Under the pieces are notes generated by a model. That model was not told the origin of the DNA and made no database searches. It saw only the letters and a program-made list of their open reading frames with translations. Below are positions 36,090 to 43,476 of a DNA stretch of 43,476 bases, piece after piece (position 1 is the first letter of the stretch; every line of letters starts with the position of its first letter). The position numbers and the translations under genes were made by a program. Origin of the DNA: Chara braunii (lineage: Eukaryota > Plantae > Charophyceae); contig BFEA01000032.1 in NCBI GenBank assembly GCA_003427395.1, positions 586,328 through 629,803 on the forward strand, written 5' to 3'.

Positions 36090-37169
36090 TGTCGTGCGCG
36101 GCGGTCCCACACCCAGACGCAAAGTAGTTTTTGTGTCGGACCTCACGGTCGTGTCAAGCAGGAATCTCTTTGTCACTTTTACGAAATACCAACTCCGATC
36201 GTGCGTGCGTGCTATACCTCTCGCGACTCCCTACGACATGTTAGGGATCCCGCGAGGTACAACATACCTCCACCTGCGGGAGCTGTCACCATCCCTTAGG
36301 TGGGCGTATCCCTACTGAGTTCATGACCCACGTGCGAAGGCTTTTACATGCAGTTGCAGAGGTAGGCCAACCGATGACGTTTTCTCGATCGCCGTAGCAT
36401 AGGCATACGCGCGGTAGAACGCCTTAAGACTGACCCGTTTGTCGTGCCCCGAGGTACTGACTCCTCGGATCAGACTATCTAATCAGGTCGACTTGTTCGG
36501 ACTGTCTTTCACGCTTAGCAACTATGACAATAACTCTATATTTACTTTATTAACCGTTTAAGAATACCAGGGTCGAAACCCTTTTCTCAATATCTCAAAC
36601 AGGCTTCTAGACAATAGTTCCCCAAGCTCAGACCAACTATGATCTTAGTCACAGATATACATATATATGTAAATAAGTATGTTTGTTAATCAGGGGAGTT
36701 GTATGAGCGTGAAACTTACTTTCACAATTGTTGTGCCCCGTCGTCCAAAATGATCCCAAATTCAGAAGATAGCACAAACGTTCAACACCTGTGCAGATGC
36801 AAGACATCACATATACGTATACCGATGCAGACACAAAATGCGCTACAAGAATCAACCTTAATTTCATTCACAGCAAGCTACTCATGCCCCAAAACCTTGA
36901 AAACAACATTCCTTCCTAAACCTGACTCCTTTTACCCCAGCCCTTCACATGTTTAAAGACCTCTGAGTGTGATTTGGACAAATTTAGGTGTAGATACAGG
37001 AGGAAGATTTATCTGTTCCCTTCTTAGGTCTTGTCTTCGGAGTGGGTATCAGGCGATGGTGGAAGTTGAGTCGGAGTTCTACCGACCTGTTATCCAATGA
37101 TAACAAAATGTATAATTCCCTTACGGATTTCTTCCGTAGTCCTCTCCAAGTGCGTTGAACCCTGTAGAC
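36090..37169 (-). repeat. 3' LTR of element 3, missing first ~99 bp of U3
   Basis: Colinear with 41146-42226. Confidence 0.9.
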
Positions 37170-37499
37170 ACAGCACAGTCCGAAAGAATCTTAACGTCTT
37201 TCCTTCGACGCTGGGGTCTAGAAGATCCCTTCTAGCCTTGTGACCAAGTGTTTCGTACTCACCGTCGACTTACTGCCTAACTTTTACCCTCACTATCAAT
37301 TCGCTCGCCTGATTGGTATAGGTAATGAACATAATTCATTCCCAGCATGTTTGTCTCAACGGTTACACTATGTTTCTTCCTCTTAAGTTAATTATGAGCC
37401 CCATGTCCCTAATTTCTACCATCATTCCTACCTTTTCCACGTCCTTATCCTTGTCCTTGTCCTTGGGACCTGTTCTGGTTTTGTTCACCCTGGCGACTC

Positions 37500-38583
37500 G
37501 ATCGTGGTTGGTTCTGCCCTGTTAGTTGGAGTTGTCCCGTGTTTTGGTCTCCTCCCAAATTCTGATTCTGGGGTAACATGAGATATGGACCTTGCGTAGG
37601 TCATGGCCCTATCGGGAAGTACCCAGGCCATGCCCCCATAGGCGGACCCACGGGCCACTGTCCATACCGAGCCGTGCTTGTTGACGGCTCTTGCCCATAC
37701 TGGACTATCGGTTGTTGAGTCACCTGCCCTTTTCCCGAACCTTGTCCTCCGATATCGATATTTTTAGCCTTCCTATGACACTTGGTCAGTTTGACCGTTC
37801 CTTCTGGTTCTCCTTCTTCGGCCTCCTCTCAATCTTCTTCTTCCTTCTTCTCTTTCCTGACGGCTATGTCACTGTCAGTACCTTTTCAGGTGTCACTCTT
37901 TCCCTAAGCTCCTTTATCTCGTTTGCCATATCGCTGAACACTCCTCCAAGTACACTATCCGTCCCTTGGATTGTCCCAACAGCATTTCTTTTCGTTCGTT
38001 CGACCTTGATTTGGTGATGAAATACCTGGTTCATATCTCCCGCCGCGATGTTCCTTTTGATGGTTTCCCACTTCCTCCCGGCGGCTCCCCCTCGGGTTAG
38101 CTCCATCGCCTCATACCCAGATAATTTTCCTAGGAATATGACGCACTGCATCTCTTCAGACAGCCCCTGGACCCTCTCGGTTGTCTTTTCGAATGTGTTG
38201 GCGAACGCCCTGATCGTGGTGAAATCATCTCTGTTCATGTTATAGAGATGATCAATCGTGAGCAAACCATCTCCTAGTTTAAACGTCTTTTGCATGCCCC
38301 TTTTAAACTCAGCCCAATCATTGTTGGACTTTCTCACTACCTCTTCTACGTCAGATGTGCATTCACACCATACGTACTCGAACAACTGGGCAAACTTCTC
38401 GGCCGGTGTTAACTGGTTGAAGATTTGTTCGAGTAGCTTTAACCAATGAGTCACCCTATCCCCTTTGAAAGGGAAGATGTCTATTCTCGGTAGGTTAGAC
38501 CTTTTTATCGTTCTCTTCTCTCGTAACTTGACGATTTCCGCCGAGGTGATTGGCGACCCTCCATTGGCGCTGGCATCGCCCAT
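37500..38583 (-). pseudogene. gag: Gag of element 3, open for 239 aa then disrupted
   Basis: LPRIDIFPFKGDRVTHWL, WAEFKRGMQKTFKLGDGLL, QCVIFL; homologous to element 1 Gag. Confidence 0.85.
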
Positions 38584-38856
38584 CTTTTCCCCTTTTCTTT
38601 CTTGGTTCCTGCTAGACCGTAGACCCTGTTAAGACACACAAAACGACCATTGATCCACCCCCTTCGTCACTATCTTGACGTATCCTTTGCTCTTGTCACT
38701 TGTCCTTACCCTACGTGACTTTATACCCCTTTTCACTTAACCGAGTATTTCTTCTAGGAACACTCAGTCCCCATGCCAAAAGTTTCTAACCATACCAAAT
38801 AAAGAAGGGATATCATCAATAAATTATTCAATACATGCCTCCCGGCAGAGGTTTCG

Positions 38857-39516
38857 TCAATAGGTCGAAAGATCCTCTAGACTGTAGATACGTAGGTACG
38901 TGTTTACCACGCACAACATGCTATAAAAATATTTTTCCTTTAGTCTTGGTCTCATTTCCAAGTATAGACGGTAAACAACTTCCGACGCCTCGAACTCGAA
39001 ACCCATCTCTGGAACCGATTGAGCTACGAGTACCGCTCGTTCCACATTCTCTATTCCCCAAAATGCTTCGTTGATTATGAAATTCGGAAGCGTGGTCTTA
39101 ACGTACTTCGTCGGATATGTGAATTCGGCTGCCCACTTAGCATCGATTGATTTTATAACCTCCCCTTCTTCTCCCCAGTACATCTTCCTTGAAAATGCGT
39201 CAAGGGTCATTCCGGCTAACAACACGTACTTAGAGACGGGGCGGTTTTTCCCTATCGCAAGATCGATCGCGTGAGCCCTCCAGAGAAGGGCCTGTAGATA
39301 AAGGGTCACTTTTACCATTGTCTGCCTTTCCCTTGTGGTCCACCCAGTTTCTATCCAAAGGAAGGTTTCCTGTCCTATCGGTATCCCACACTGTGAGTCC
39401 ATTTCTTCATCTAGATTTATTGTTCTCTTCGGCAGTGTCATTTCAACCCCTCCTTCCTTTGGCTCGGGCAGGTTGATCAGAAAGCTCCGATCAGCGAACC
39501 ACATTAAAGAAGTCAT
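38857..39516 (-). CDS. Accessory family Y protein, 219 aa
   Basis: Intact ORF; GIPIGQETFLWIETGW, TLPNFII and VYRLYLE are shared with the adjacent paralog. Confidence 0.75.
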   Translation of the reverse strand: MTSLMWFADRSFLINLPEPKEGGVEMTLPKRTINLDEEMDSQCGIPIGQETFLWIETGWTTRERQTMVKVTLYLQALLWRAHAIDLAIGKNRPVSKYVLLAGMTLDAFSRKMYWGEEGEVIKSIDAKWAAEFTYPTKYVKTTLPNFIINEAFWGIENVERAVLVAQSVPEMGFEFEASEVVYRLYLEMRPRLKEKYFYSMLCVVNTYLRIYSLEDLSTY

Positions 39517-39598
39517 CCTGATATCCTATTATAACAGTCAAAGAAAGAACCTTTCCCTTCTTAGTAACCATTCAATTTCTCATTTCTTAATAAATTTT

Positions 39599-40265
39599 CT
39601 ATCTCAGTCCATCATGAGCACCCCTTCCTATTGGATCGAGGATCCCCTGCTTTAGTTCCTCCCAGTAGACATGCCTATTTGCCCAATCGTATTGACGTGC
39701 ATATGAGTCGACCCGCGATAGTATGTTTTGCGAATCCCTTCCTTCAATCAAATGCTCTATCTCTAGGTATATGTAGTATACCAGCAGAGAGGTAGATGTG
39801 TAATATTCTCTCTCAGGTATCGCCATTGCGGCTTCCGCAGCCATTTCCACTCGGGTTCTCCCTCCGAAGGCTGCATCTACGATGAACATAGGAAGGGTTC
39901 CTCTTAGATATGCTGCTGGTGGAAGAAATTCGCTTGCCTTTCTTACCCTCACAGATCCTATGACCCTCTCAAATCCATTCAAACTAACATCTCTTCTTCT
40001 AGATTCGATGAATACCTAATACTAAATTTATTATGATAGATTGCAAATTCTCTGATGCGATATACAGAATAACCCTCTCTACCGCACAGTTCTCGCCTCT
40101 AACCCATCCAGACTCAATCCAGATGAAAGTTTGTTCCCCCACAGAAATCCCCCAACAATACCCTGTCTCTCCATTCTCTTCGTAGCGACTGGGTAGATTC
40201 ATCATAAGGCCACGCTTCATTTGCACGACCTCTCTGACCGTGATTTGGTATAGGACGAAAGACAT
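39599..40265 (-). pseudogene. Accessory family Y member, one frameshift near 40010
   Basis: ORFs 39999..40289 and 39599..39982 together align along 38857..39516 (GISVGEQTFIWIESGW; TLPMFIV; VYYIYLE). Confidence 0.75.
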
Positions 40266-41124
40266 CCTCTGTTTGTCGGTACACTCCACCTACCACATAA
40301 CACAAACCAACCCACATCCTTCCATTTAGCTTGCAGGCTTTCAACCCTAAGATCTGACTAGTTTCCCCTTTTATTCCACCACCTTTTCCAACCCTCTTAG
40401 ACCCTTATATAATCTTTTTATACAACAAGTAAGATATCAACCCACAGATCTCTAATTGATACAATATAAACATTAAGAGTGATAGGCACATTCTCCTATC
40501 ACGAGACGCAGACTGCGAAACCACAGGAGGATCAGGTACGCGTGGTATCTCGTGACGCCCTTGTTGGTGAGGCGGGGGAAGGACGATCAGCTGCCTCTCT
40601 TGAGACAAAGGGTAAGGGTTATGATGCGGGCGACTAGACAGCTCGAAGCGTGGTGGAGATTCTTCGGACAACGCCTTGCATACCTATATGAATAATAAGC
40701 CATTTCATCAGGGTCTAGGGTATGCATTCGCCTCTCCTCCCTACACCTTCTTGCCCTCAATCCTTCATCCTTCTCTTATAGTCCTTCATCATCTTTTTTC
40801 CACTCCTCCCTTTCTCTGGTCAAGTCTACAGGCCTTTCAGTTGCCTTCCCCTGTCTGCCGCCTCTTCCTCTACCAGTTCCGGTCCCATGACCCTTAGATT
40901 TCATATTCGTTAACTCTTAGTATAAGTAGGACAATTGTACTTATGTGTATTTAGTCCCTATCTTACACAATGATTTATTTGGAGCAACAACTCGTCACCA
41001 ACTATCAAAGTTACCGTACTCTGCTTAGAATCTTAGCCAATTCCCTGATTTTTTAATGATTGTCGTTTTGCCAGGATCTTGCCTTACCCGAGTTCGTTCA
41101 CTAAGGACCTCGGCTAGAAGCGAG

Positions 41125-41143
41125 ATCCCCAGCAACAGCGCCA
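41125..41143 (-). promoter_or_regulatory. Primer binding site, tRNA-Asp
   Basis: TGGCGCTGTTGCTGGGGAT (two C>T changes) 2 nt after CGACA. Confidence 0.85.
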
Positions 41144-41145
41144 CC

Positions 41146-42325
41146 TGTCGCGCGTGGCAGTCCCACACCCAGACGCAAAGTAGTTCTTGTGTCAGACCTC
41201 ACGCTCGTGTCACGCAGGAGTCTCGTTGTCACTTTTATGAAATACCAACTCCGACCGGGCGCGCGTGCTATACCTCTCGCGACTCCCTACGACAGGTTAG
41301 GGATCCCGCGAGGTACAACATACCTCCACCTGCGGGAGCTGTCACCATCCCTTAGGTGGGTGTATCCCTGCTGAGCTACTGACCCACGTGCGAAGGCTTT
41401 TACATGCAGTCGCAGAGGTAGGCAAGCCGAGGGCGTTTTCTCGATCGCCGTAGTATAGGAATACGCGCGGTAGAACGCCTTAACACTGACCCGTTTGTCG
41501 TGCCCCGAGGTGCTGACTCCTCGGATCAGACTATCGAATCAGGTCGACTTGTTCGGACTGTCTTTCATGCTTAGCAACTATGACAATAACTCTTTGTTTA
41601 CTTTATTAACCGTTGAAGAATACCAGGGTCGAAACTCTTTTCTCAATATCTCAAACAGGCTTCTAGACAATAGTTCCCCAAGCTCAGACCAACTATGATC
41701 TTAGTCACAGATATACATATGTATGTATATAAGTATGTTTGTTAATCAGGGGAGTTGTATGAGCGGTGGACCTCACTTTCACAATTGTTGTGCCCCGTCG
41801 TCTCAAATGATCCCAAATTCAGAAGGTAGCACAAACGTCTAACACCTATGCAGATGCAAGACAGCACATACACGCACACAGATGCAGACACAAAAGGTGC
41901 TACAAGAGTCAACATTAATTCCATTCACAGCAAGCTACTCACGACCAGAAACCTTGAAAACAACATTCCTTCCTAAACTTGACTCCTTTTACCCCAGCCC
42001 TTCACATTTTCAAAGACCTCTGAGTGTGATTTGGACAAATTTAGGTGTAGATATAGGAGAAAGATTTATTTGTTCCCTTCTTAGGTCTTGTCTTAGGTGT
42101 GGGTATCAGGCCATGGTGGAAGTTGAGTCAGAGTTCTACCGACCTGTTATCCAATGATAACAAAATTTATAGTTCTCTTACGAATTTCTTCCGTAGTACT
42201 CTCCAAGAGCGCTAAACCCTGTAGACTTTCCATTCTAGACTGGCTTCGTCACGGTAGCCGACGTCGTCACTGTGTCGAATGCAAAAGCATGGCCAAATAC
42301 CCTTGTAAGGGTATTTGGTTCGACA
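41146..42325 (-). repeat. 5' LTR of element 3 (1180 bp)
   Basis: TGTCG...CGACA, adjacent to PBS and TSD. Confidence 0.92.
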
Positions 42326-42570
42326 ACGGGCCGAAATACCAGAAGGAGAGCTGTATCGAAAACATGGATTGCACGGGCCGAAAGACCCGAAGGAGAGCTG
42401 TATCGAAAACATGGATTGCACGGGCCGAAAGACTCGAAGGAAAGAAGTATTGAAAACTTGGACTGTACGGACCGAGAGACCGGAAGGAAAAAAGTATTGG
42501 AAACATGGATTGCACAGGCTGGAGGATCTTAAGGAAAGCGAAATTGAAAAAATTGATCACACGGGCCGAA
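42326..42570. repeat. 47-bp minisatellite, right part
   Basis: Same unit as 35883-36089. Confidence 0.9.
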
Positions 42571-43381
42571 GGACCCAGACGAAAGGGGTGTTGAGGATGA
42601 TGGTAACCGAAAATGAACCTGACCGGCATGAGATGAGAAAAGAGAAACCCGAAGAAGAATCCCTCGACTCCCCATACCCTCCTCCACCCCACGGGCGGAA
42701 AACTAAAGAAAACTCTGAGAAAAGAATGGAAAAGGACAAAAAGAACCCTGACAAGATAACTACCCCTCACACCCCACCCCTTCTTCTCCTGTGTCTACCA
42801 CTGCAAAATCCCTACTGACTATGGATTGGTGCGCGATGAGGACATCCCGAATGAGTGGGGGGAATATGTCGAGACTGGTGAGTCCCGAATAACATCCCGT
42901 CACTCGAGAGACTGTATATGGTCAGTTTGTGCACGACAGAGAAAGTCGGAGGCAAGGAGGATGGAAGAATCGAAGGCGTAGGCACATACACTTGGGATCT
43001 AGAGGCTGCCCGAAGTAGCTGGGGCCATAGAACCGCGAGGAAATTAGCGGAATGGGAGGCGGCAAAGGACCGCAAGAAAATGGCAAAGGCGACCCTTCCC
43101 CGGAAAAGGAGAATGACCGCCGAGAGAAGTAGCGTCATGAGGCGCACGCCGCAAGGGAAAGAGGAAGGGAGAAGAGATAGTAAATAAGATGCTGGCATGA
43201 GAAAGGTCGCCGGGCCGAGAGGGTCACTGGGACGCAGCGTCAAGAAGGCCGAGGGGCCATGGGCCAAGTGAGGACCACACCCGAGGAGGACGGTGCGTGG
43301 GACGCAAGAAGGCACGAGGGAAGGAGGCTGCCATGAGCCAGAAAAACGGCAAGAGTGTCAACGAGACCGCCGGTGGGACAT

Positions 43382-43476
43382 GTACCGGTGGGACAAAGTG
43401 TCGGGGACCACACGGGACTAGGCAAAAATGCGGTACCAGTGGGACAAAGTGTCGGGGACCACACGGGACTAGGCAA
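43382..43476. repeat. 51-bp tandem repeat at window end
   Basis: GTACC.GTGGGACAAAGTGTCGGGGACCACACGGGACTAGGCAA twice. Confidence 0.85.

Larger units (their letters stand above)
36090..42325 (-). mobile_element. Element 3: pol-less LTR retroelement (LTR-PBS-accessory ORFs-gag-LTR) with 4-bp TSD
   Basis: LTR pair 36090-37169 and 41146-42325; TGTCG...CGACA; TSD ACGA/ACGG; PBS; gag. Confidence 0.9.

Noticed and set aside
34038-36318. Repetitive ORFs (SNIFSKA; QSMFSIQ)
   Set aside because: Derived from minisatellites; no coding evidence.
40405-40671. 88-aa ORF with hydrophobic C-terminus as an env-like or membrane protein
   Set aside because: TTG start, short, no paralog support.

Overview
Eukaryotic, gene-free, repeat-rich scaffold with two N gaps. 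The plant-type tRNA-Asp primer sites and overall character suggest a streptophyte, possibly Chara-like (inference). After about 4 kb of micro/minisatellites there is a nest of related Ty3/Gypsy LTR retroelements on the minus strand, sharing TGTCG...CGACA LTR termini and a tRNA-Asp PBS. Element 1 (~4030-23157) is a decayed gag-PR-RT-RH-IN element with very long LTRs and a second Gag-like ORF after integrase. Element 2 (23158-~33860) is interrupted by element 1 and carries, right after its PBS, a tightly packed sense-strand cassette of ~10 unknown ORFs, 4-5 of them divergent paralogs of one ~220-260 aa family. Element 3 (36090-42325, 4-bp TSD, pol deleted) has two more members of that family between PBS and gag. 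All three have a GGTAAGG splice-donor-like motif about 55-60 nt after the PBS, and LTR starts share a hairpin. The best candidate for a novel system is a complex, retrovirus-like Gypsy lineage with an expandable accessory-gene cassette. All alignments were made by eye; no searches were run.
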